DNA from: Monocercomonoides exilis PA203
Taxonomy: Eukaryota; Protista; Preaxostyla
Direction: 5' to 3'
Length of the DNA stretch: 64,000 nt
NCBI GenBank assembly: GCA_001643675.2
Contig: LSRY02000045.1
Span: 62,001 to 126,000 of the forward strand
Position numbers and translations under genes: made by a program. Positions 50,410 through 63,424 of this stretch are shown here, piece after piece; within the stretch, counting starts at the first letter, position 1, and each line of letters begins with the position of its first letter. The notes under the pieces are model-generated. The model searched no databases, was not told the DNA's origin, and was given only the letters and a program-made list of their open reading frames with translations.

Positions 50410-51706
50410 ATCTATCAACGGATCAGATGTTGATACCTGCGGTGAAGCAAATAAGCCATGTGCCACGGTGGAGTATGCCCTCGGATGCGTTGCTCCCTTC
50501 AGTGATACCTCCCTCACTCTTCTCGTCTCCACTTTCACTCCCACAAAGACTCTCACTTTCAATGCCCCAAATACAATAATCACCGGAAATGGCACAGATG
50601 CCACCACCATCACCTCCAGTGGCATTCCCCAACCACCAAACTCATATTCACACTCATCACAATCAACATCATCATTTTCTTCATTTTCATCATTTTCATC
50701 TGCATCTTCTTCACCAGATCCATCTGCCTCGTCTGCCCTCTTCCAACAGACTCAGGGCTCCCTCACAGTCTCTGCCCTCGCCATCGCACACAACTCCACA
50801 AATCAAATCACCCCCATCCTCTTCCACCTCTCCGATAACTCCCCTTCACTCAACCTCAACACAACCACCATCACCGGAACAACCTCCATAACAATAAAAA
50901 CACCTCTCTTCTTCCTCACTGCTGGCTCCCTCGCCCTCAACCACACAGCAATCACCAGTCTCGCCCTCAACAGCCAAAGCATCTTCCACCTCACCTCCCT
51001 CACCGCTCCCCTCACCCTCAACTCCTCCAACATCACCGACATCACCTCCACTGCCACCCCCACCAGTTGTGTTCTCTCCTCTGCCACCTCCCCTGCCCTC
51101 TCCCTTTCCCTAGCCAACTGCACCATCACCAACATCAACTCAGCCCCACAGCACCAACAGACAGCCACCAATGGCGGGTGCATCTCATTCGCCTCATCTA
51201 CCCCTGCCAACACATTTTCAGTGAGCAACACCACCTTCTCTAGCTGCTCTGTGAGCGAGGATACAAGTTCTGGAGGAAGAGGCGGCGCTCTCATGATCGA
51301 GTACAAGGATGATTCACAAGTGTCAGAATCCTCCTTTTCCATCACCAATATCGTGTTTTCAGCCAACAAGGCCAGTGTCGGAAGAGATGTGTATTTTGTG
51401 TGTGAGTCCCTTGTCGCTTCTGTGAAAGAGCCCTTGTTCGCCTTCATGGGAAACATCACTCAGAAAGACAACTCGGTTGTTGGACATGACAGAACAGAGG
51501 CATTCGGTGATTGGAATTTCGATTTGTTTATATTTCTTAACGGGCATACAGCTGACAATGAATACATGGATGGTCATCTTGGCATCCAAGCTATGTATTG
51601 TCGGCAATCAAAGATGCCCTACAAGAGGACACAAAATGCGATGTGTCTTCTGAAGAAGGTGCAGATCATAAGGCAGAAATCATTTCATCAGCTGACTTGT
51701 CGGTGA
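50410..51706 (+). pseudogene. Beta-helix surface-protein family fragment, 5'-truncated
   Basis: NGSDVDTCG..PCATVEYAL with a frameshift before 50468, T/S-rich beta repeats, NGGCI, GGAL and FSANKASVGRDVYF. Confidence 0.75.
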
Positions 51707-52039
51707 AAATATGTGCAAATGAAGGCAAAGTCGAAGAAAGATGGGGAGATGGCACACAAAATAGAAGAAAACACCTTATATGTGCATTTGATGAAATCAA
51801 CATTGCTTGTCGGACATTTATTCTCTTGTTTTTAAAGAATTCTCCTCCAAATTTGAATTTCTTCCAAAACTCATTCATTCATTTGTCATCTTCTCGACAT
51901 GTCAAAGGCGTGTGACGTTGTGTAACCTTCCGAACTCTATTTTGAAATCCATCCATCTCATAAAAGAACTGCTTCAATGTTTTTTCTGTTTTCACAGCAA
52001 ATGCTTCAGTTTCAAAATGTGAAAAGTCGGAACTGTCCT

Positions 52040-52504
52040 CCTTTTTTTTATTTTTACATGTCAAACGGCTATTCTCCTCAAAAAGTTACTTCCATTTCGT
52101 TGTCTCATTATTTCAGCAGAAATTCTGCGATTGAATAAAAAATTATCTGTGCTTCTGGATAGAAATGAAAGACGAGGCATGATGTTGAATTTGGCTAGAG
52201 TCGAATGAAATGGAAATATAAATGTTTTTATTGATCATTGAAGGAGGCGTTGAAGAAGAAGAAATAAAATGAAATGAATCCATATTGATGGCATTTCATT
52301 TCCAATATTATGAATGAAAATGTCAATCATTCGACATTGATATATCGAGGCGAAGAAATGAGAATGATTTATTTTTTGTTCAGTTTATGTGTGCTGAAGA
52401 ATTGGATGGAATAAATGTGTCAGAATGTCCATGGTTAGATCCAACGCTAGTTGTAAATTTTCAGTTAAGAGGAAGCGGAAGAAGACAACGAAGAAGAAGA
52501 AGAA

Positions 52505-52536
<32 letters not shown>

Positions 52537-53629
52537 CGCAAAGGAATTATTAAATCAATTGTTTTGATTATCCATCGATTGAGTTGTTATATTTTGTTGC
52601 ATTCCTATTTCATTTAAAGTTATGTTCTCTATTGTATTCAACTGAGTTATTATTCCATTTGAAGAGCAAGAAGTAGTAGTAGAAGAAGAAGACGATGAAG
52701 AAGAAGAGGAAGAAGATAAAGGTTCATTAGACAATCGAGAAGTATTATTATCTTTACCAGAAGTTGTTTCAGTATTATTTCTTCTATTCTCTTTTCTTTC
52801 CATCATCACTGAATGATAAGAAGGTAAAGAATGGCTCAGCTGTTAAGAGACAAGATTTGAGCTGAGATAAACAGGAGGAGAAAGAGATTGAGGGAGAATA
52901 TTGTTGTTGTTATTGTTGAGGGGATGTTGGATAGAAGAAGAAGTAGATGTTGATGATAAAGAAGATGATATAGAGGAAGAAGAGGAAGAGGTTAAAGAAA
53001 GAGATAAATCGGGAACAAAAGAAGAAGAAGAGGAAGAAGAAGAAAATTTGGCAGAAATGGAAGAAGAAGCAGAGGAGGAGGAAGAAGAAGATATAGAAGA
53101 AGAAGATGTGCGAGAAATAGGAGAAATAGAAGAACTTGAATCAAGAGTGGGAGAGGAAGACGGAGTAGTAGTCGTAGAAGAAGAAGAGGAAGAAGAAGAA
53201 GGCGATTATGAAGTTAATGCTGAATGATCAGATTTTAACACAATGACTGCTTTTGTTAATAAAATTCTTTCAACAGAATATGTGAAGAAAGAACGAAAGA
53301 AGAAAGAGAATGTGAAAGAGAAATAATGTGAATTGAATCTGATGATGCTCTTTGGACGAACTGGGAGACAAAGGCAAGTGAGACTTATCTGAAGAAAATG
53401 CAGACATAATGGATGGATTCAAATATCATAGCAGCCAATAGCAACAACAGACGGATGATCTATTCATGAAGTAATTCGAGTATTTGATGGAAATTTCAAG
53501 CAGCGTATTTTCAAATACGAAGTAGACGTTCTTATCATCAGCCAAATTAAAAAAAAATATCGTCAATGAAGAAAACGAAGGAGAAGGAGAAGAAACCACA
53601 TAATCCACAAAAATGTTGCTAAAATGCAT
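52040..53629 (-). pseudogene. Decayed Ser-rich gene of unknown family
   Basis: Poly-Ser reading frame on the minus strand interrupted by stops. Confidence 0.3.
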
Positions 53630-54477
53630 TTTCCTTGTGAATGAACTCTATATAAAAAAATGATGTTGTCTGGTATGGAAAAAAGATTAAAAAAATACGC
53701 GAAAATAATAGATTTCACATTGATTATTAAAATTCGTTAAAGAAACACATATACCCTCCCCATTGCAAAAGCAGAAGATTACTTTATCACTGGTGCTGTC
53801 AATCTCCATTTCTGCTCCTTCGCAGCGCTTCTTTCTTCGTAGTCCTTTTTTCCCAATAAAAACTAAATTTTCAATGTTGTATCCACTTCCTTTTTCAAGA
53901 AAAAAATATTTCTGCTATTTTGCCGAATGCTGTCTTTTGTTTGCATTCTTCTTTGTTGAAAAAAGCTTTCTGTTTGAATCAATAGAAAAACAATAAATGT
54001 TATATTCGATCATGTTTCGAATTGTTTTGAAAAACACTTTTTTCATTTTTTTCACAATAGCTTGTGACCCAGGATTTAATTTTTTATCCTTTTTCCGGGT
54101 TTGATAAAGCTTTTACGAAAAAGACAGACTTGTTACGGGTTTTTCAAGGTTTATCAGTGAAAAATTTATATTTATCGAAAGAATGAGTAATTACAGGAAC
54201 ATCTTTGATGTTTCGTCTAACAAGTTGAATTATTTGAAAAAACTTGTTTGTATCCAGAATTTATAATTTTTTACGAAACAATTCATAGTTATGGTAAAAT
54301 ATCTAATATTTGGATATTTTTGATCTTTTTTGTGTTTAACGGAATCTGTATCTGAATTTTTCAGAGATAATGAAGGAATTCACATTCAACTCAAAGCATT
54401 CAAATCGATGAATAATAATTTTATTTTTTGCCAAAATAGATTTTAAGTTGTTTTATTTGTTGATGGATTTAATCTTC

Positions 54478-55278
54478 ATGGAAAATTTTCGAGCCTGCTT
54501 TTTACTCTGTGGAGCCGGAGACAGTTTTGGATATCATCACGGATCTTGGGAATTTTCTGCTTTGTCAGAAATAAGACCGCAGCTTGATGCTTTGGGTGGA
54601 TGTGAAAAGGTATTAACCTAATTTCTATTTTTAAAAACTAATATAAGCGGACAGATTGAACTCACAGGAGATGCCTGGATGGTTTCTGACGATACGGTGA
54701 TGCATATGGCTTCAGGAGAGGGAATGATTGCAAAAGCTGCCAGCGTTTCTGATTTGCTGAGGAACATTTATCGAGCTTATGTTGGATGCATGGGGAAAAT
54801 GGTTGTGCAGATGAAAAATTTGTTAAATTTTTTAAAAATTATTATTCTTTTATTGAATAGACTGGACGAGCACCTGGGATTCAGTGCATAAATGCGTTAA
54901 GATTGGTATGCTTCTTTCATTTTTTCAAACTTAATTTTCATTTTGAATATTTTAGCCTACGACGTATGGATGGAAGAATTCTTTGTTTTCGCCAAAAGCA
55001 GGTGGTTGCGGAGGTATTTATCTTTTTTTTTCTTTTTTGAATATTTAACAAAAGATTCGTTTATTTATTATTTTTTTTAATTCGAAACCAACAATTCAGC
55101 TTCAATGCGATCAATGTGCATTGGACTGCGATTTTGGAGGCCAGAGTGGCTGACGAATCTGATTGTTGTGTCGATTGAGTCAGGGAGAATGACCCATCAT
55201 CATCCAACAGGTTATATGGGCGGCGTGGCTTCAGCCGTCTTTGCCAGGTGAGGACGTCATTTATATGAGATTTTATTC

Positions 55279-55313
<35 letters not shown>

Positions 55314-56107
55314 GAGAGAGAGAGAAATCTTTATTTTCTTGTAATTTTATATGTGTTGTTGTATTGTGAATGGAAATGATATTCATTTTAAATGTGATTA
55401 TTTTATTTTATGTTTCTATTTCTATTTCTATATTGAATGTGGATAATTATATAAAATTATCATCCAAAACCCTTTTTTTTATCTTTTTATTTATATTTAT
55501 AATAACATTTGTATTTCATATTTATATTTCATATTAATATTTCCCCCTCTCAGCTATGCCCTCCAAAAAGTCCCCGTCGAGTTGTGGGGGATGAAATTCC
55601 GGGACGAAGTTATTCCGCTCTGCAAGCAGCACATCAGCCAGCTGAAAGACAGGCAGGCAGAAGAGAACTTGGCGAATTTTGGCTATTTTGAGGAGAAATG
55701 GGAAAGATATCTGAAGAGGAGGGGAATTGACAGGGAGAAGGAAGGGCTGAAGGCGAGTTTCCCGGAGAAATACGGAGAAATAGAAAGAGATGCGTTTTAT
55801 AAGGTGTGTGGAAGGGGAGAAGAGGAGGATTAGATTGAAATGAATGAAGAAATAAATAAATAAATAAATAAATTAGTAAAATAAAATAAAATAAATATTT
55901 AATTATTATTTTGTTCTAATTGATTGATAATGTTATTTAATGAATAACTTTCTAGAAATTTTATAAATGTTATATTGTTGTTATTGTTATTATAACCTGT
56001 TTATTCGTTCGATATTCCATTCCATTCATTTCTTTCCCTCTCTGTTCTTCTCTTCTCTTTTCTTCTTCTGTTAAATATAAATAATTCATTTATTATTTCT
56101 TTCTCTT

Positions 56108-56158
<51 letters not shown>

Positions 56159-57113
56159 TTCTCTCTCTCTTTCTCTTTCTCTTTCTCTTTCTCTCTCTTA
56201 TCTCTCTCTTCTTCTCTCTCATTCACTCAGTCTCTCTCATTCAGTGGCACAGGCGGTGCAAGTGGCCACGACTCTGTTCTGATTGCTTATGATGTTCTTC
56301 TTCATTGCTCGGCTTCTTATCCTTCTTCCTCTTATCCTTCTTATTCTTCATTAAATTCTTCTTCTTCTTCTTCCTCTTCCTCTTCCTCTTCCTCTTCTCC
56401 TTCTTCTTCTTCTCCTCCTCCTCCTCCTTCTTCTTCTTCTTCTTCTTCTTCTTCTCCCTCATCATCATCTTCTTCTACTTCTCATGCTGCTGATTGCTTT
56501 GCCGGTGTAACTTCATCATCTTCTTCTTCTTCTCTTTCTAATTCAAACAGAAGATGGATCGAGTGTTTGGAGTGGTCTTCTATTCATTCTGGTGACTCAG
56601 ACTCCACTGGCGCTATTGCTTGCTCATTGTATGTGAAAAAGAAAGAAAGAAAGAAAGAAAAAGAAAAAGAAAAAGAAAGGGAAGAGAGAGAGAAAGAGAG
56701 AGAGAAAGAAAGAGAAAGAAAGAAAGAGAAAGAGAAAGAGAAAGAAAGAAAATGAATGGTTGATTGGTTGATTGGTTGAGAAAGAGAAAGAAAAAGAAAA
56801 AGAAAAAAGATTATTCTGTTTTTTATTTTCGAAACCTGATAAGTTTTTTCTGTGATTTCATATATTAATTATCTTTCTTTCATTCTTCTTCTTCTTAAAA
56901 ATTTTATTTTGATTTTTTTCTCTCAGATATGGTGCAATGTATGGCTTTGAAGGAGTTCTGCCGCAACACTACGAGAAAATAGAATTTCATGACGAAATGA
57001 TAAGAATCGCTGATGAGTTGTTTAGACAGACAAATGATGAAAAACATCCTTTGAATAAACCAATTCCACTTGGCGAGCTCGAGCCGGAAACGAAACTGTC
57101 GGTTGAATTGTAA
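54478..57113 (+). CDS. ADPRH: Protein ADP-ribosylarginine hydrolase (ARH1-like), 8 exons
   Basis: Exons 54478-54609, 54655-54801, 54861-54905, 54956-55013, 55100-55247, 55554-55803, 56231-56628 and 56927-57113 join in frame via GT..AG. Motifs: [69 protein letters not shown]. An alternative in-frame ATG lies at 54463. Confidence 0.93.
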
Positions 57114-57283
57114 TGTTCAAAAGTTGCGTTTTATTCTGTTTTATTTGATATTTTCGTTTTTGCGTAAGTTTCAATCGTTTTATTTTGAAAAATGAAAAAA
57201 TTTTGATGCCCATAACGATTTCTTTTTCGTTTGAATTTTTTATTTATCACTGTTTCTTGGTGCAGATATAAAATTCAAAAAGA

Positions 57284-60200
57284 ATGACAAGTTTAGATGA
57301 TAGCAGTGATATGGAAGGTCGTTAATTTTTGCTTGTTAAATGAAGACAAAATTATAATAAATGAATTCACATTGTATTAGGTGTTCTTGAATATGCCGAA
57401 TATATGGGCATGGTTCCAATTGATCCTGATCTGTTATGGATTGCAAAAGAAGGATTTAATGCACCTTTGCCAGATGGTTGGACTGAAGAGTTTGTTTTAT
57501 TTTTCCAATTAATGAGAAAATTATAATATCTTAAATTTTTAACACAGAGAAACGTCTGATCATAAAGCTTATTATTACAATTCAAAAACTGGAAAAAGTA
57601 TGTGGGATCATCCACTCGACGATTACTATCGAGAATTATACAAAAAAGAAAAAATGAAAAAGGAAAAGAAACAAATTTCTGAAAGTACTACTGAGTTATC
57701 TCAACAACAAACTTCAATTCGCCTTTCACCAATTGTAATGAAGAATGAATCAAAAATTGATGATGCAATGAAAAACACTGAAAAAGATGAACATTCAAAA
57801 TCACCTTCAAAAGATCACAGCATGGAACAATCTAAACTCACTCCTGCAAAGCCAAAGCTAACAGTTACGTTCAAACAGCCAGTTATTCAGCAATCAAAGG
57901 GAATATTACAACAACAAAATGATCAAGAAGATCAATTGAATACAATGGCATCACCGCAAAATAACAATGAATTTTCACAAATTCCCATAGAAAATTTACA
58001 GATTTATGAAAATATTGCGAAAAATGAAAAATTCAAAGAAAATGAAAGAGAAGGAAATCAAAGCCAAATAGTGGAGAAGACGAAGACGATTGAAGAGCTT
58101 GATGGAATAATTAAGCAAAAAGCGAACAAAATTGAAGAAATGAGCAAAAGACAGAGAGAGAAAATGGAGATGATAGAGGAAGATGAGAAGAGGATGAAGA
58201 AGATGTTTGAAGAGACGAGGAAGAAGGAAATGACAATGTTGGAAGAAGTGAAAGAAGAAATTGAGAAGAAAAAAAGGGAGAAAGAGGAAGAAGAGAAGAA
58301 AATTGAAGAGATTAGAAGAGGAAGAAGAGAAGAAGAAGAAGAGGGAAAAGAAGAAATAAAGAGAGAGAAAGAAGAAATAGAAGAATTGAGAGAAGAAAAG
58401 ATGAAATTGAAGAAAGAAATGGAAGAAATCAAAGGAAAAATCGAAAATTTGGAAGAAGAATATGAAAAAAGGGAAGAAGAATATGAAATTTTGAAGGAGA
58501 AAATAAAAGAAGCGAAAAATGAAATAGAAAAAATGAGAAGAGAAAGAGAAAGAGAAGAAGAAGAAGAAGAAAGAGAAAGAGAAAGAGAAGAAGAAGAAGA
58601 GAGAGAGAGAGAAAGAGAAAGAGAAAGAAGAAAAAGAGAAAGAGAAAGAGAAAGAAGAGAAGAAGAAGAAAAAGAGGAATTTATTTCTTTGCCAGAAATT
58701 GAAGAAGAAGAAGATGGAGAAGAAGAAGAAAGAGAAAGAGAAAGAGAAGAAGAAGAAGAAATAAAAAATTTTGGTAAATGTCAAATTATTAGACAAGATT
58801 CAGTTTATTCTTCTTCCTCCTCCTCTTTTCCTTCTTCTTCTCTTTCTTCTTCTTCTCCTTCTTCAAATAAATTAATTTCTTCTTCTTCTTCTTCTTTTCA
58901 TCCAAATAATTCGAACAACATTTCTGAAACTTTATTTTCGCTTTCTCAATCTTCTTTCGATATTTCTTCTTCTTTTCCTTCTTCTTCTTCCTCCTCCTCC
59001 TCTTCCTCCTCTTCTTCTTCCTCTTCTTCTTCCTCTTCTTCTTCTCTTTCTACTAATTTCATTTCTTCTTCTTCTTCTCATCCATCTTCTTCATTAGATA
59101 CACCTCGTAATCCAATTGTTTCTATTTCTTCTTCTCTTTCTTCATCAAATTCTTCTTCTTCTTCTAATTTAATTTCTTCTTCTTCCTCCTCCTCCTCTTC
59201 TTCTTCTCTTTCTTCTTCTTCTTCTCCATTTAATTCAATTTCTTCTTCTTCCTCTTCTTCTTCCTCTCTTTCTCCTTCTTCTAATTTAATTTCTTCTTCT
59301 TCTTCTTCTTTTTCTCCTTCTCCTCAGAAAACAAAGTCAAAATTGCAATTTTCTTCTCCTCTTCCTCCTCGTTCTCCTATTCGTTCTTCTCTTCCTTCTC
59401 TTTCTTCTCTTTCTCCTTCTTCTTCTTCTTCTTCTTCTTCAAATTCAACAGAAATTCAAATAATTCTTCAAAATTTGATTGGAAAAATGCAAATTTTGAA
59501 GGAAAAAGAAGAAGAAATTCGGAAAAAACATGAAAATTTGACAGAAAAAAGAAGAAAAATTGAAATGAAAAGAAGAAAATGGAAGAAGAAAGAGGAAGAA
59601 AATGAGAAGATGAAGAAAGAAATAGAAGAAAGAGAAGAAAAAGAAGAAGGAAAAAGGAAGAAATATGAAAGAAAAGAAGAAAATTGCAAAGAAAAAGAAG
59701 AAAAAGAAGAAGAAAAGAAGAAATTTATTCAAAAATGGAAGAAAGAAAGAGAAGAATTGAAGAAAGAGAAGAAGAAATTGGTTGAAGAAGCAAAAGAAAT
59801 AAATGAAGAAATTCATTTTCTGATTCAAATGAAAAAGGAAATAAAGAGAAAAGAAGAGAAAATGATGGAAGAAGTTGAAAAACTTCGGAGAAATAGAATA
59901 ATTATTCCGAAGGCAGTTGAGGAATTTTGCAGGAAAAGGAAAGGAAGAAAATTGAGTTTGAGTAGAAATGATTTGAGGGGGAAAGAAGAAGAAGAAAGAG
60001 AAAAAGAAAATAAAGAAGAAGAAGAAATTCAATTTATTTCACCAAAAGATGACAAAAATAACGAAAATAATACAAATAATTATAATTTACGAAGTGGACT
60101 AAATAGGAAGTGCAAAACACACAAGGAGAAGTTGGATGAATTGAATGAAGAATTTCCTTCTTTCATTCAGAAAGCACAAAAACAAATGAAAAACTCGAAT

Positions 60201-62129
60201 TATTTCTCTTCTCCCATTTCATTTTCTTCTTTGCCAAATAATACACCAATCATTTCATCTTCTCCTTCTTCTTCTATTTCTTCTTCTACAAATTTAATTT
60301 CTTCTTCTTCTTCTTCTTCCACTTCATTTGATATTTCTGATCTTCCATCTGATTTCTCCTTCGATCCATCAATCAAACCTCTTTCTGCTTCGACTCCTTT
60401 TTCTTCTCATAAAAATATTTCTTCTTCTTCTCTTTCTCCTTCTCCTTCTTCTCCTTCTTCTTTCTCTTCTTCCATTAGATCTTCAATCTTTCCTTCTCCT
60501 ATTTCATTTTCTTCTTCTTCTTCTTCTTCTCTTTCTCCTCTGAATTCTTCTTCATTTCAAAATCATACAATTATTCATCCTCTTTCTTTATCTCCTTCTC
60601 CTCTTTCTTCTCCTCTTTCTTCTTCTTCTTCTTTTTCTCCTTCTCCTTCTTCTCATTTAATTCGTTCTTCTTCTTCTTCTCTTCTAACTCCTCCTCATTC
60701 ATCTTCTCAAAAACAAATGCAGAATTTAAATGTGGGACGATCAAAAATCCGGAGAAATATGATGTTTCGGAGAAATATGAGAGAAAGAAGAGGAAAAGGA
60801 AGGGGAAAAGGAAGAAGATGGAGAAGTTTAGAACCAAATGAAATAAGAAGGAGAGAGAAAGAAGATGATGATGAATGTTATGATTATTATGATGATTATT
60901 ATGGTGAAGAAGAAGACGAAGAAAAGGAGGAAGAAGAAGAAAATGAAGAAAATGATGAAGAAAAAGAGGAAATTTCATTATTTTCTGATAGTTTTTCAGG
61001 AAGTTTAAGTGAAGAAAATGAAATGAGAAAAGAGAGAAAGAAGAAGAAAGAGAAGAAAGAGAAAGAGAAAGAGAAAGAGAAAGAAAGAAAATTGATATTA
61101 AAACAAAAGAAAAATCAAAAATATGAAAGGAAAGGAAATGAAAGAGGAAAGAGAAGAACAAGAAGTGAAACAAGAGAAAGATATGAAGAAGAAGAAGAAG
61201 AAGAAGAAGAAGAAGAAGAAGAAGAAGAAGAAAGAGAAAGAGAAGAAGAAGAAGAAAGAGAAGAAAGAGAAGAAGAAGAAGAATTGTTAGAATTGGAAAG
61301 GAAAATGAAAGAACTGAAAGAAGTGATGAAGATGAAGAAGAAAGAGAAGAAAGAGAAAGAGAAAGAGAAAGAGAAGAAAAAGGAGGAAGAGAAAGAGAAA
61401 GAAGAGGAAGAGAAAGAAGAAATGATGAAAGAGAAGAAGAATAAATATAAAGTTGCTATATCAAATAGCATAGAAAATGAAGGAGGAGGAGGAGAAGAAG
61501 AAAGAGAAAAAGAGAAAAAACACGAAAAACAAAAAAATTTCAAAAAAAATGAAAAAAATACATTTTTCAATCCAATTTTTGATATGCATTTATCTTCAAA
61601 TAGAAATTCTATTCCAAAATTTTTGAAAGATTTATATATTCATTCTAATTCTTCTTCTTCTCTTTCTCCTTCTTCTTCTCTTCCTTCTTCTCTTTCTCCT
61701 TCTCTTTCTCCTTTCCCTTATTCTTCTCTTTCTTCTTCTTCTCTTTCTTCTCTTTCTCCTTCTTTTCCTTTATCGTTTCCTCTTCTTCCTTCTTCTTCTT
61801 CTTCTCTTAAATCTGATCTTCTTTTCCCTTCTTCTTCTTCTTCTCCTTCTTCTTCTTCTCTTCCTTCTAATTTAATTTCTTCTCTTTCTCCTTCTCCTTC
61901 CTTCCCTTTTCTTCCTTCTTCTTCTCTTCCTTCTTCTTCTCTTTCCTCTTCTCCTCTTCCTTCTCCTTTATCTTCTTCTTCTAATAATAATAAATTAATT
62001 TCTTCTTCTTCTTCTTCTTCTTCTTCTTCTAATTCATTCAGAATGAATTTATCTCCAATTGACCAATTTTTTGCTTCTCAAATGAAATTTGTGGAGTCAA
62101 TGAAGAGAAAGAAAGAAAAGATGAAATGA
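57284..62129 (+). CDS. CEP164: CEP164-like protein: N-terminal WW domain plus coiled-coil and Ser-rich tracts, ~1574 aa
   Basis: Exons 57284-57317, 57381-57489 and 57548-62129. VLEYAEYMGM..DPDLLWIAKEGFNAPLPDGW...YYYNSKTGKSMWDHPLDDYYRELY matches the CEP164 N-terminal helical bundle/WW signature. Confidence 0.85.
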
Positions 62130-63424
62130 AAAGAAGAAAGAAAAGAAAGAAAAGATGAAAAGAAATGAAGAAAGAAAAGGAAAGGAAAGGAAAAGAAAAA
62201 ATAAAAGATGAAGAAGGAAGAAGAGGAAAGATGAAATGAAGAGGAAGAAGAAATTGAAATAGAAAAAAAAAAAAAGAAATGACAAGAAATGAAATGAAAT
62301 GAAATATGCATTTTTCACCTTCCTGCAGCATTTAGAGGAAAATTGATTACAGTTCATAAATTTCTAATTCCATAACAAAATTGCATTTTGATTCATATTG
62401 TTTGCATAGATGTGAATAAAAAAAGAATGAAAATGATTTGTTGTATTTTCTTTTTTTTTTCAACTTTTTCTCTGCTCATTAATTCTTTTATATATGTGCG
62501 TTTACACACACATATTATGGATATTATCAACCATCCATTTTTTCAAAAAGTTCATTTATCAAATACAATTCTACAAATTTTTTTTTATCGTGCATAATTT
62601 AAACATGCAAACAATGAACATTCATCTTTATATTTAAAAAAAGAATAAATATAAACAATAAAATGAACAAATTTTATAAATAAAAAAATAATTATTTTAT
62701 CCAATTGATCGAAGATTTGGTTTATGCAATCAGATCAAATGAAAACAGAAAAAGCGGAAAGCATGTTGAGAGAAGTTTTGCAGCCTGAAGCAAACATGGC
62801 ACACAGCACCCTCTGAGGGGTGCGACCCTATCCTTGAGGTGGTACGGGTGCTGAGCCTCTGGGGTGTCTGGGAAATGGGGCAGCGATTAATCGGCCAGAT
62901 GGCTGTGCCTGCACATGGAACATGTTTGTGATGCCTCTTTCTATGCGCTGTGCCTGCATAGTGTTGTGAGTCAGCTATATGAATGGGCTTGTGGGGCAGC
63001 TTGGTGCCGGTGGGTGTTGTTGTTTGTTTTCAGAATGTTATCTAATCTGCCAGGGTGGTGGAGGTGTGCCATTTTGTTTGCCTCTCGAGGGAGCCGTTAA
63101 CGTGTTACACCTTTTTTATTTCTATTTTTTCGGATTTTATTTCTCAGCAGGGCGCAGCTGGGGATGTTTTGCAACAGAAGAATTTTTCGATGATCCGGGT
63201 TCCTGGGTGGGCCAAAACGGCGGGGAAGGGGATGGGAGCAATGGAAACGGCGATTGGGAGGGGTGCAGCGTGGAGACGATGGGCTGTGGCAGAATTTTGT
63301 TTTTTCACCTCAAAGGCAGTTATTGGCAGCTGTGGCAGCACCAACACAAATACGGATGATTTTATTGAATAACTTCCTTCAGACCTGGGATTTGCCGTTA
63401 TTTCAGCCAGCATAATTATTTCGA

